Shown here piece by piece: positions 1 to 8,517 of a DNA stretch of 29,688 nt. A model generated the notes under the pieces. It did no database searches. It was not told the origin of the DNA and was given only the letters and a program-made list of their open reading frames with translations. The stretch lies in the NCBI GenBank assembly GCA_964525615.1, contig CAZGKG010000003.1, forward strand, positions 457-30,144, given 5' to 3'. Position 1 is the first letter of the stretch. Every line of letters starts with the position of its first letter. Source of the stretch: an uncultured Rickettsiales bacterium (lineage in GTDB: Bacteria; Pseudomonadota; Alphaproteobacteria; Holosporales; CAZGKG01). The position numbers and the translations under genes are program-made.

Positions 1-1418
1 AACAAAAACAGCGGGCAGATAACAAGGACAAAAGCACCACAAAAAAAGAAAACGGAAAACGGCGGAACATTGAAATCCGGGAAGTCCAATAAGAAAGAAA
101 AGACCGGAGAAACTGAGAAGAAAGAAAAGAAAAAACTGAAAAAAGCATTGCAAATCGCTGCGGTCGCTCTTGTTTCTGGCATGGCGCTATCGATCGTTTT
201 CATCCTGCTCATTGACCATGAGGTGGAGAAAATAGGGAAAGGACATTTTTGAAGGGCATAACAGGCCCATTGCCCATAAAAAGTTGTTTTGTATTTGGCT
301 GCTTTTTCATAAGCCTTTTCCGCCTTTTGGGGTTTTTTAAGGTCTGTGTAGGTGCGTCCCAGCCAATAATAAGCGCGGGAAAGACTAATAGGCGTTTTCA
401 CAACCGATTCAAAATTTTTAAAGTGACCCTCCGCTTGCAGGGGATCTTTAAGAAAACAAAGAGAAATCCAGCCCAAAAGCCATTCAGCTTCCGCATAATC
501 AGCGCCCGCCTTTAATTCATGGGATATCAGGACTTTTCGTGCCCCTTGGGGTTTTTGAGCCTCAAGTAATTCTCGTGCAGCAAGAATCCTCAGTTTGTGG
601 AACACCTGAGGATTCTTTAAAGGAGAGGGTAAGTGAAAGAAAATGTCACAAATTTCCCTATAGGCCTTTTGAGATTTAAGCCATTTTAGGTAAGACCACA
701 ACAACATCTCATTTTTTTGAAAAGAAAGCGGAAGATCTTTAAAGCATTTAGGGGAATTAGAATTTTTTTTCTTAAGAAATCCCAAAGCCGTCGTCCCATG
801 GCGTTTTAAAGAGAGCGGAATTTTAGACAAAAGACGTTCTGCCCCTAGAATGTCTTCTTGAAAAACAAGCTTTTCAAAACGCAATGCATGGTCCCTTGAG
901 TCTATAAAAGCACCTAAATGTGTGAAAAAAAGAGCTTCTTCATCAGGAACCATAAGGGTTTCCCGCCAATACGTCTTCGCCTTTTCCTTGGCTGCATGCT
1001 TTTGTTGGGTTGCAATCAAGGCCTTGATATAAAAAATTTTTCCTTTGGGTGTGAGGGGAGGATTTTTCTCAAAAAAGCTCACAAGAGTGTGAGGAGCAGG
1101 AGTATTTTTGACAAGATTCGCCTCGACTTTTTTCTGGAATGCGCCACAGCAGGGCCAGGTAGGATGACGATTAATAAAATCTGCCAGAGCTTCAAAGGAA
1201 GGAAATTGAGGAGCCCCTTTTTGAGCATTCAACCAAAAAATTAGGTCCTTAAGGAGAGGATCTTGGACGCTTTCATTTAAGATAGGAGTTGGGCTTGTCA
1301 AAATTTTTTTTAAAAGGGACTGTTGCGATGTTCCTTGAGCGATCACAATCTCTTTTGGAAAGATACAAAAAACAAAAGTTATTATCTTGCAGAGAAGGTA
1401 AGAGCGGGATATTTTCAC
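1..1418 (-). CDS. slt: Soluble lytic murein transglycosylase (Slt70-like, TPR/U-domain part); 3'-partial, runs off the window start
   Basis: Not in the ORF track. Manual translation shows a stop-free minus frame from GTG 1418 (AAGGA SD 7 nt upstream) to position 3. It has a signal-peptide-like N-terminus, SFEALADFINRHPTWP, and AEWLLGWISLCFLKDP...HF...TPISLSRAYYWLGR...AAKYKTTFYGQWA, typical of alphaproteobacterial Slt. It is divergent from dapA, a common arrangement. Similarity is not recognisable below about 240. Confidence 0.85.
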   Translation of the reverse strand, partial: MKISRSYLLCKIITFVFCIFPKEIVIAQGTSQQSLLKKILTSPTPILNESVQDPLLKDLIFWLNAQKGAPQFPSFEALADFINRHPTWPCCGAFQKKVEANLVKNTPAPHTLVSFFEKNPPLTPKGKIFYIKALIATQQKHAAKEKAKTYWRETLMVPDEEALFFTHLGAFIDSRDHALRFEKLVFQEDILGAERLLSKIPLSLKRHGTTALGFLKKKNSNSPKCFKDLPLSFQKNEMLLWSYLKWLKSQKAYREICDIFFHLPSPLKNPQVFHKLRILAARELLEAQKPQGARKVLISHELKAGADYAEAEWLLGWISLCFLKDPLQAEGHFKNFESVVKTPISLSRAYYWLGRTYTDLKKPQKAEKAYEKAAKYKTTFYGQWACYALQKCPFPIFSTSWSMSRMKTIDSAMPETRATAAICNAFFSFFFSFFSVSPVFSFLLDFPDFNVPPFSVFFFCGAFVLVICPLFL

Positions 1419-1459
1419 AAAGAATTCCTTGAAAAACCTTGAAATAGTCAAAGATAAAA

Positions 1460-2371
1460 ATGAAAAAAAATAACGAACTTTCGAAGAAAGTCCATCCTTT
1501 TTATGGCATTTTTGTCGCCCTCGCAACCCCCTTTAAGGGAGGTGAGATAGATGAAGAAAAGCTACAAACTCATCTTGAGTTTCTTTTGTCTGAGGGCGTT
1601 TCAGGGGTTGTTCCTTGTGGTACGACAGGAGAATCGGTGGCCTTAAGCCTTGAAGAACGGGGACGTTTGATTCGTTTATGTGTTGATTTTTTTAAAGGGA
1701 AAGGCCACGTAATTCCTGGTACAGGGGCAATGACAACAGCGGACGCGTTGACCTACACCCGTCAAGCCCAAGAGGCAGGAGCTGATGGTGCCCTCGTTGT
1801 CAGTCCTTATTATGTAAAGGCTGATCCTGAAGGAGTTAAAAAATACTATGAAACCCTTGCGGAAAAAACATCTTTCCCCTTGATTCTTTATAGTAATCCC
1901 GGTCGAACAGGCTTTGAAATTCCGGTTTCGTTGATTCGTTCTTTGGTGGAAAGCTGCCCTCTGATTATGGGGCTTAAGGATTCCTCTACGGACCTTACAC
2001 GTCCTATGGCTTTGGCTTCTTTGAACCGTCCTTTTTCCCTCCTCTCTGGCGAAGATGCCACCTTCCCGGCTTTTTTAGCACAAGGAGGTCATGGAATTAT
2101 CTCAGTAGGGGCCAATGTGGCACCTTCTCTCTACAGACAGCTTTATGAGGCATGGTGTCAGGGGGATTTGCCAACCTTTTCTCATTTAGGTCGAACTCTT
2201 TATTCCTTAAGCGAGACACTTTTTAAGACCCCAAGTCCTGGGCCTGTAAAGTACGCGCTTTCTCTTGAGGGATATGGAGGACCGGAAACGCGTCTTCCTT
2301 TAGCACCTTTGACGCCAGAGCATCGGGAAGAAATTCAAAAGGTTTTGAGCATCTTAAAGGAGCCTTCATGA
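1460..2371 (+). CDS. dapA: 4-hydroxy-tetrahydrodipicolinate synthase
   Basis: CGTTGES motif, LILYSNPGRT (catalytic Tyr), GLKDSS (Schiff-base Lys), SGEDA, PSPGPVKYAL. Confidence 0.96.
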   Translation: MKKNNELSKKVHPFYGIFVALATPFKGGEIDEEKLQTHLEFLLSEGVSGVVPCGTTGESVALSLEERGRLIRLCVDFFKGKGHVIPGTGAMTTADALTYTRQAQEAGADGALVVSPYYVKADPEGVKKYYETLAEKTSFPLILYSNPGRTGFEIPVSLIRSLVESCPLIMGLKDSSTDLTRPMALASLNRPFSLLSGEDATFPAFLAQGGHGIISVGANVAPSLYRQLYEAWCQGDLPTFSHLGRTLYSLSETLFKTPSPGPVKYALSLEGYGGPETRLPLAPLTPEHREEIQKVLSILKEPS

Positions 2372-2895
2372 GGAGAACTTTTTTATGGTTCTTTTGCTTT
2401 TGTTTTTTTTGCGTGCCCCACAAAGCGTCAGGACAGTCTCTAAGAAAGTCTGTTGTGCTGAGAGCAGCCTCTATAAGGGCGCCTGAGGTCAATGTCCGTA
2501 AGGGGCCAGGCATGCAATACCCGATTGTTTGGGTGCTTTTGTGTCCGGGATTCCCGGTCAAAATTGTGGCTGAATTTGGAATGTGGCGAAAAATTGAGGA
2601 TTCTTTAGGAACGAAAGGATGGGTTCATAAAAGTATGCTTTCTTCTCAAAAAACCCTCTGTCTCAAGACGCAGCAGCTTCTTTATCAAAAACCTTTTTCC
2701 AAAGGTAAACCTCTTGCAATTTTAAGGAAAAGGGTTGTTCTAGACTATCTGAAATCGGAAGAAGACCTCCAAGGACGTTGGCATTATGTGCGGGTCAATA
2801 AATTAAAAGGGTATGTGCCCGCCGCTTCTTGTTGGGGGTTAGACGATCTGTCCCTCAAGGATAGAGACACTACCTCTGCATCTTCTGGATCGTAA
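2368..2895 (+). CDS. Exported bacterial SH3-domain protein (two SH3-like repeats)
   Basis: N-terminal signal peptide; VNVRKGPGMQYPIVW...PVKIVAEFGMWRKIED..GTKGWVHKSMLS; ATGA overlap with dapA. Confidence 0.85.
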   Translation: MRRTFLWFFCFCFFCVPHKASGQSLRKSVVLRAASIRAPEVNVRKGPGMQYPIVWVLLCPGFPVKIVAEFGMWRKIEDSLGTKGWVHKSMLSSQKTLCLKTQQLLYQKPFSKGKPLAILRKRVVLDYLKSEEDLQGRWHYVRVNKLKGYVPAASCWGLDDLSLKDRDTTSASSGS

Positions 2896-2903
2896 AAGGA
2901 GAG

Positions 2904-4013
2904 TTAAACCCGCATCGGCATCAAAACATAAAGGGCATTTTCATCGCGAGAGTCCTTTACAATGGCGGGTATTGTTGCATCACTAATATGAATTTGAAAG
3001 GTGTCACCCTTTAATTGTTGGACAACATCCAGTACGTAACGCGCATTGAATCCCATCTCAAGGGAATCACCAGTATATTGAGCCGGGATATCCTCACAGG
3101 CAAACCCATTTTCTGGGCTTTGGGCTGAAAAGGTGATTCCTCCAGAATGGATGTGCATTTTAACAGCTTTTGTTTTATCTGGGCTTAACATGGAAACCCG
3201 ATCAATAGCCTCAGAAAAAAGGCGCGTTTCCACATCAACGACCTTATCATTCCCTTGGGGGATGGCTCTTTGATAATCAGGGAAAGTTCCCTTGACAAGA
3301 CGTGAGTACAAGATCACATCATTAACGCGAAAAGACATTTGGGAATTGGACAAGGAAACATCAATCACCGTATCATCAGAATCAATCAATTTACGTACTT
3401 CTGAAACGGTTTTACGGGACAAAATAGCGCCCGTCAGCCCTTCTGTATGGGGAGGAAGGGGAAGCCACGTGAGAGCAAGACGATGGGCGTCTGTTGCAAC
3501 AGCTCTGAGATCTCCTTCGCAGGCATGAAAATAAATACCGTTTAAATAATAGCGTGCTTCTTCCGTTGACATGGCAAAGCGTGTTTGATCAATAAGACGC
3601 CGAAGCTCACCTCCTGTCAGCATAAAGGAATGGGTAATCTCATGGGTTGTCATGAGAGGAAAATCACTTGCGGGAAGTGTTTGTAGCGTAAATTGAGAAG
3701 GAGCGCACCTTAACACCAAACTCGATTGGCTGGGATTAAGTTCAATATCAATGGGGGCTTCATCCTTAAGTTTTCGAACAATATCGTAAAGAAGATGGGC
3801 TGAAATTGCGGTGGAGCCTTCTTTTTGGACAACGGCCGGAATGGTTTCCACAACGGTCAACTCTAAATCTGTGCCTGTGAGTTTCACCCGCCCATCAAAA
3901 GTTGCCTCCATCAAAAGATGGGTCAAAATTGGAACTGTCGTTTTTCTCTCCACAACATTTTGTTGATGAGCGAGGGATTTCAAAAACAAGCTTTTTTCTA
4001 AGCGAATATGCAT
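2904..4013 (-). CDS. dnaN: DNA polymerase III beta sliding clamp
   Basis: ERKTTVPIL, LTGTDLE, STEEARYYLNG, VATDAHRLA, GTFPDYQR, GFNARY, C-terminal VLMPMRV. Confidence 0.98.
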   Translation of the reverse strand: MHIRLEKSLFLKSLAHQQNVVERKTTVPILTHLLMEATFDGRVKLTGTDLELTVVETIPAVVQKEGSTAISAHLLYDIVRKLKDEAPIDIELNPSQSSLVLRCAPSQFTLQTLPASDFPLMTTHEITHSFMLTGGELRRLIDQTRFAMSTEEARYYLNGIYFHACEGDLRAVATDAHRLALTWLPLPPHTEGLTGAILSRKTVSEVRKLIDSDDTVIDVSLSNSQMSFRVNDVILYSRLVKGTFPDYQRAIPQGNDKVVDVETRLFSEAIDRVSMLSPDKTKAVKMHIHSGGITFSAQSPENGFACEDIPAQYTGDSLEMGFNARYVLDVVQQLKGDTFQIHISDATIPAIVKDSRDENALYVLMPMRV

Positions 4014-4111
4014 TTAAGGACTCAGGCCATTTCCTTTACCATGACACTCTAACAACTCTCTTGTATTGTGCGCAAGAGAATCCATCGTTTGGAATAAAAA
4101 AAATTAAATTT

Positions 4112-5779
4112 TTATGTCTCTGGTACCTTAAGAGAAGCCTTTAAAAAAATGACAAGTTCTGTTAAGGCGGTGCTTTTTGTTTTTTGAGAAAGGAAATGAT
4201 CCAAAAAAGGATTGATGGAATTTCCAGGAAGACCAGATTGTTCCTCCGTTCTATTTTCTTCGATTAGCCCCCCTAAAACAACTGTCTCACCTGATTTTAA
4301 TTGAATGACCGAATCAATTTCACGCGTTTGCACAATGGGAATCTGGGAACGAATTTTGTTGTCTGAACGAATAGCGACCGCAGGATCGTCCCTCATTTCC
4401 ACAACACGTGAAAGACTCGGTCTGAGGGTAAGGGTAATTTCTTCCGTCTCTAGATTAATAGAAGGCTGAACCATCATCATCAGTCCGATGGGGACCGTTT
4501 GCATCTGACTGACTGTTGTTTCTAAATCTGGTTTGTTATCAGAGGAAATTACCCGATCAATCTCAAGACGAAAGAAAACTTCATTTTTCGCAACCTTGAT
4601 CACTGCCGGTTGGTTGTTAAGCACTGTAATACGCGGATTAGAGAGGGTTCTGACGGTACCAAACCGTTCCATCCAGGAAAGGCACGAAGAAAATTGAGGC
4701 GTTTGAATTTTCCAGGTAAAATTTCCAGGATCTTCCAGAAGGGCTCCCCTAAAATCAATACCAAGATGCCTCCCAAGAGAATGCCAATCAATACCCGTTT
4801 TAAAAGTGTCGTTTAAAAGAACTTCAAAAATTTTAGCTTCAATTGTCACTTGAGTGTGAACCAATTGTTGGAGTCGTTTAAGATAGTTTTCAACAAGTTT
4901 TTGTTGCTTTTGAGTGCCGTAAACCGAAAGAAGCCCTGCTTGTTTATGAAAGGCATAAGGAGCAGTCCTTTGAGAAAGAAAATTTTTTTGGAGTAATGGG
5001 ACTCCAGGGGTGTCGCTTTTGCAGGAAGCTTTTTGAGAGATGCTCCCTTCAGGAGATCCGAGAAGTTGAAGGCTTCTTTGAGGAAGCTCATGAGGATCTT
5101 CCTCAGGAAGCAACAAATCCAAAAGAGGGGGTTTTTTAGAAGAAAACGCCTCTTGAATTAAAGGAACTTGGATTTCAGGTGGGTTTAAAATTAATTCCAG
5201 GTTCTGTTGTAGTTCACCCCAAAAATCCGCTGTGGCCTCTCCAGAAAGTCTTGTGTTGGAACTATTATCGCCCCCTTTTCCTTCTGGCGATGATAAAAGA
5301 TTGGTGGTGATGTTGAGTTGGTTTTGGGTTTTCCGAGCACCTGATAAAAAAGAAACAGAGTGCACTTCCAGATAGGGAAGATCCTCTTCAATCATCAAGG
5401 TTCCTTGTTTTAGATAATAACGGGAGTGGGTTAAGTTACAAAGATCCTCAATAATTTCGATAAGAGGTTTTTGTCGTGCTTGATAGATTCCCCCCTTTTT
5501 TTCCTTGCTTTGTGCGTTAAGAGAAAAATTAAAGGGTCGCTTTGAGGTGAGTGTCTTAAAAGCGTCTGCCATTGTCACTTCTTCAGAGAAAGAACACGTC
5601 AGAGGTGTTTGAAACAAATCTGCCTTATCTTTTAATTTCAAGGAGTTGACAGATTTTTTTAAAGAAATTTTTTCAAAAAGAGAAGCTTCAAAATGAGGCA
5701 AACAAGAGGTTTTTTTGAGTCGAGGGCTGCAAGAAGAAAGAGCTAAAAAAATACCTCCTAGAAAAAAAAGTCGCATCAA
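4112..5779 (-). CDS. Outer-membrane secretin, lipoprotein type (MshL/BfpB/PilN-like; type IV pilus or T2SS)
   Basis: Lipobox LSSC at the N-terminus; QVTIEAKIFEVLLND...GIDW, LSNPRITVLNNQPAVIKV, VPIGLMMMVQPSI, REIDSVIQLKSGETVVLGGLI, TELVIFL secretin core motifs. Confidence 0.88.
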   Translation of the reverse strand: MMRLFFLGGIFLALSSCSPRLKKTSCLPHFEASLFEKISLKKSVNSLKLKDKADLFQTPLTCSFSEEVTMADAFKTLTSKRPFNFSLNAQSKEKKGGIYQARQKPLIEIIEDLCNLTHSRYYLKQGTLMIEEDLPYLEVHSVSFLSGARKTQNQLNITTNLLSSPEGKGGDNSSNTRLSGEATADFWGELQQNLELILNPPEIQVPLIQEAFSSKKPPLLDLLLPEEDPHELPQRSLQLLGSPEGSISQKASCKSDTPGVPLLQKNFLSQRTAPYAFHKQAGLLSVYGTQKQQKLVENYLKRLQQLVHTQVTIEAKIFEVLLNDTFKTGIDWHSLGRHLGIDFRGALLEDPGNFTWKIQTPQFSSCLSWMERFGTVRTLSNPRITVLNNQPAVIKVAKNEVFFRLEIDRVISSDNKPDLETTVSQMQTVPIGLMMMVQPSINLETEEITLTLRPSLSRVVEMRDDPAVAIRSDNKIRSQIPIVQTREIDSVIQLKSGETVVLGGLIEENRTEEQSGLPGNSINPFLDHFLSQKTKSTALTELVIFLKASLKVPET

Positions 5780-5862
5780 AAAATTCTTTTCTGTTGTCTT
5801 TTAAGAATAAAAAAGTTTACTTTCATTACATAAAAGACAAAAATGACAAAAAATCAACCTAA

Positions 5863-6297
5863 TTGACATTTTTTTTGATATCAGCAATAATTATAATACT
5901 TTTTTTGTTAGGTTTTTTTGACTTAAAATATCTTATTCTGCCAGATTTGCTCTTGGTGTTTTTTTTGCTTTTTAGCTTACTCTTGAAGGGGTTAGAAAGC
6001 ACTTTTATGTCTCTTCATGGTATTTTTACATTTTTCACTATAAGTTTGGGGCTCAAAGTCAGTTATCATTTGTGGCGGAAAATTGATGGTTTGGGGTGGG
6101 GCGATGTCAAATTGTTAACTCTTTCAGGTTGTTGGGTGCCATTTGAAGAGATTGGGTTTTTCCTGACAATAATTGGAGGATGTGGTTTTCTGCTTGGGAA
6201 ATACTGGAGGTTTTCTGGGCGAGGAGAGAGATTTCCTTTAGGAGCCTTAATTGTAGGTGTTTTAGGAGTGTGGATTTTGGTACAGGGAATAGAATAA
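5863..6297 (+). CDS. Prepilin peptidase, family A24 (short form lacking the N-terminal methylase/Zn domain)
   Basis: Multi-TM protein with both catalytic Asp motifs (FFDLKYLILPD and GLGWGDVKL) and a C-terminal FPLG; TTG start with an in-frame stop immediately upstream. Confidence 0.8.
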   Translation: MTFFLISAIIIILFLLGFFDLKYLILPDLLLVFFLLFSLLLKGLESTFMSLHGIFTFFTISLGLKVSYHLWRKIDGLGWGDVKLLTLSGCWVPFEEIGFFLTIIGGCGFLLGKYWRFSGRGERFPLGALIVGVLGVWILVQGIE

Positions 6298-6959
6298 TGG
6301 CAAGTGGTTTAGGTGGATCTGTTTATGGCCCTTGCAGTGGCCAAAAACCAAGGTCTTTGGTTGTACTTTTTCATGGGTATGGAGCGAATGCGGATGATTT
6401 GATCCCTTTGGCCTATACTTGGGGGCCTCACTTACCTGAGAGTCTTTTTATTTCGTTAAATGCTCCTGCACCCCATCCCACCATGTCCTTTGGACGTCAA
6501 TGGTTCCCAATGGACAATTTTGATTTGGCCCGTATTTGGGATGATGTCACCCATTTAGCCTCTCCTCTTAAGGTTTATTTAGATGAGACTTTAGCTAAAA
6601 ATGCTCTCTCCTATCGAGATGTTGTGTTTGTAGGTTTTTCCCAAGGGGCTGTTGTTGCACTTCATGAGGCCCTTTATATTTTAGATGTGGCAGGTGCTAT
6701 TAGCTATTCGGGATTTTTGGTGCCCCATTCTCATGGCATGCCTCCAAAATCAAAACCTATTTTATTGGTGCACGGAGATTGTGACAATGTATTGCCAATT
6801 AGTTTTTTAAGTGATGCTCAAAAAATTTTAAAGGAGGGGCAAGTCCCTTTTGAAGCGTGGGTTTGCGAGGGTTTAGGCCATGGCATTAGTCCTTTTGGGC
6901 TTGAAAAAGGACGTGTTTTCTTGCAGCGTGTTTTAAAAGCCCATCCGACAAAAATATAA
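6297..6959 (+). CDS. Phospholipase/carboxylesterase (alpha/beta hydrolase)
   Basis: LFHGYGANADDL, GRQWF, GFSQG nucleophile elbow, VHGDCDNVLP, GHGI triad. Start moved to ATG 6297, a TAATG overlap with the peptidase stop. Confidence 0.9.
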   Translation: MASGLGGSVYGPCSGQKPRSLVVLFHGYGANADDLIPLAYTWGPHLPESLFISLNAPAPHPTMSFGRQWFPMDNFDLARIWDDVTHLASPLKVYLDETLAKNALSYRDVVFVGFSQGAVVALHEALYILDVAGAISYSGFLVPHSHGMPPKSKPILLVHGDCDNVLPISFLSDAQKILKEGQVPFEAWVCEGLGHGISPFGLEKGRVFLQRVLKAHPTKI

Positions 6960-6970
6960 GGAATCATAAA

Positions 6971-7918
6971 ATGACACAGCCTAAAATAGCCCTTTTAGGT
7001 GCCGGAAATATTGGTGGTACACTTGCTCATTTAGCGTTGCTCAAACGCCTTGGATCGGTCGTTCTTTTTGATATTGTGCCTGGTTTGGCCCAGGGTAAGG
7101 CTCTGGATCTTTGCCAAAGTATGGGCCTTGAAGGAGGCTCGGCTTCCCTTGTGGGAACTGATTGCATCTCTGATATTTCTTGTGCCGATGTTGTTATTGT
7201 GACGGCCGGTTTCCCTCGTGCTCCTGGCATGAGTCGCGATGATCTTTTAGAGAAAAATGCCAGTGTAATAAAATCTTTAGGGTATGAGATTAAAGAGCAC
7301 GCTCCTCAAGCCTTTGTAATCGTGGTCACGAATCCTTTAGATGCAATGGTTTGGGTCATGAAGGAAGCCACAGGCTTTCCCCCCGAACGAGTTGTGGGAA
7401 TGGCGGGTATTTTAGATAGTGCGCGTTTTCGTTCGTTTTTATCCGAAGCTTTGGGGATCGCTGTTTGTGACATCGAATCAATGGTTTTGGGGGGACATGG
7501 AGATCTGATGGTGCCTCTGCCGCGCTATACCACGATTTCGGGCATTCCCTTAACGGAGTTTGTTGAAAGGGGGGCGTTAAGCGCTGAGAGACTTGAGGCG
7601 ATTGTAGATCGGACTCGCAAAGGAGGTGGAGAGATTGTAGCCCTTTTAAAGGCGGGATCTGCTTTTTACACACCGGCTTCTGCAGCTTTGTTGATGGCGG
7701 AATCTTACTTGTATGACAAAAAAAGACTCCTTCCCTGTGCGGCTTGGCTGGATGGCCCTTATGGTGTAAACCAGGTTTATGCGGGAGTTCCCATTACAAT
7801 TGGACGTGGTGGCGTTGAAAAAATTTGGCAGCTTAATCTGACAGAAGCTGAACTTTCTCTCTTTCATGCATCTATTGAGGGCGTTAAAGAGTTGATTCAA
7901 CAATTAAAGGGCAAATAA
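6971..7918 (+). CDS. mdh: Malate dehydrogenase (LDH-like alphaproteobacterial type)
   Basis: GAGNIGGTLA Rossmann motif, RAPGMSRDDLL, TNPLDAM, GMAGILDSARF, GGHGD, RTRKGGGEIV, GSAFY. Confidence 0.97.
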   Translation: MTQPKIALLGAGNIGGTLAHLALLKRLGSVVLFDIVPGLAQGKALDLCQSMGLEGGSASLVGTDCISDISCADVVIVTAGFPRAPGMSRDDLLEKNASVIKSLGYEIKEHAPQAFVIVVTNPLDAMVWVMKEATGFPPERVVGMAGILDSARFRSFLSEALGIAVCDIESMVLGGHGDLMVPLPRYTTISGIPLTEFVERGALSAERLEAIVDRTRKGGGEIVALLKAGSAFYTPASAALLMAESYLYDKKRLLPCAAWLDGPYGVNQVYAGVPITIGRGGVEKIWQLNLTEAELSLFHASIEGVKELIQQLKGK

Positions 7919-7920
7919 CT

Positions 7921-8517
7921 TTGAGGAAAACAGAAACCTCTCCCTCTTCTGCTGAAACACCTTTGTGGGAGATGCTTCCGTCTTGTCCCTTTCCGGGGGC
8001 GCCTTCTTTTTCTGAACGTCTTGATGAGGCCTTGCGAGTCGACCTTGCAGGAGAAAGGGGAGCAGAAGCCATTTATGAAGGACAATTGCGAGCTTTAGGG
8101 AATCATCCTTTCGTGCCCCTTTTGGAGGAGATGGCGACTCAAGAACGTGTCCATATCAAAGCTTTCGAAGAAAGGGCGGCCCTTCATCATGTGCGCCCCT
8201 CCTTTTTAACCCCCTTTTGGGAAAAGGCTGGTTTTCTTTTAGGTTTAGGTACCGGGCTTTTAGGGGGGAAAGCAGCAATGGCTTGCACTGCCGCAGTGGA
8301 AGAGGTCATTGATGCTCATTACCAAGAACAGATTGAAACATTAGCTTTTGTTGATCCTGAATTAGGAGAGTTTCTTGAGAAATGTCGTTCGGATGAGGTG
8401 ATGCATCGGGAAACAAGTCTGGAGCATGGAGCAGATGAGGCTCCTTTTTCCCCCCTTTTACAAAAAGCAATTCGTACCGCAACGCGCCTTGCAATTAGTA
8501 TTGCGAAGAAAGTTTAA
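7921..8517 (+). CDS. coq7: Demethoxyubiquinone hydroxylase (Coq7 di-iron family)
   Basis: RVDLAGERGA..IYEGQ, QERVH, RPSFLTPFW..AGF.LG, AMACTAAVEEVIDAHY.EQ, DEVMH iron ligands; alternative start ATG 7972. Confidence 0.92.
   Translation: MRKTETSPSSAETPLWEMLPSCPFPGAPSFSERLDEALRVDLAGERGAEAIYEGQLRALGNHPFVPLLEEMATQERVHIKAFEERAALHHVRPSFLTPFWEKAGFLLGLGTGLLGGKAAMACTAAVEEVIDAHYQEQIETLAFVDPELGEFLEKCRSDEVMHRETSLEHGADEAPFSPLLQKAIRTATRLAISIAKKV

Noticed and set aside
70-252. Lys-rich ORF with a TM segment as a standalone gene
   Set aside because: The frame is open from position 1, overlaps slt antisense and has no recognisable family; treated as part of the edge anomaly instead
249-1244. Plus-strand ORFs 249..515 and 918..1244, and the apparent 950-bp intergenic gap (possible oriC or ncRNA)
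   Set aside because: They are antisense shadows of the long minus-strand slt frame; the region is coding
4399-4414. CACAACACGTGAAAGA as a third parS
   Set aside because: Only the core CACGTGAAA matches, the left arm is not palindromic, and it lies inside the secretin CDS
5761-5770. Phase variation through the A8/T8 run at the secretin 5' end
   Set aside because: Runs of 8-10 A/T occur throughout the window, including housekeeping genes, so this one is not distinctive
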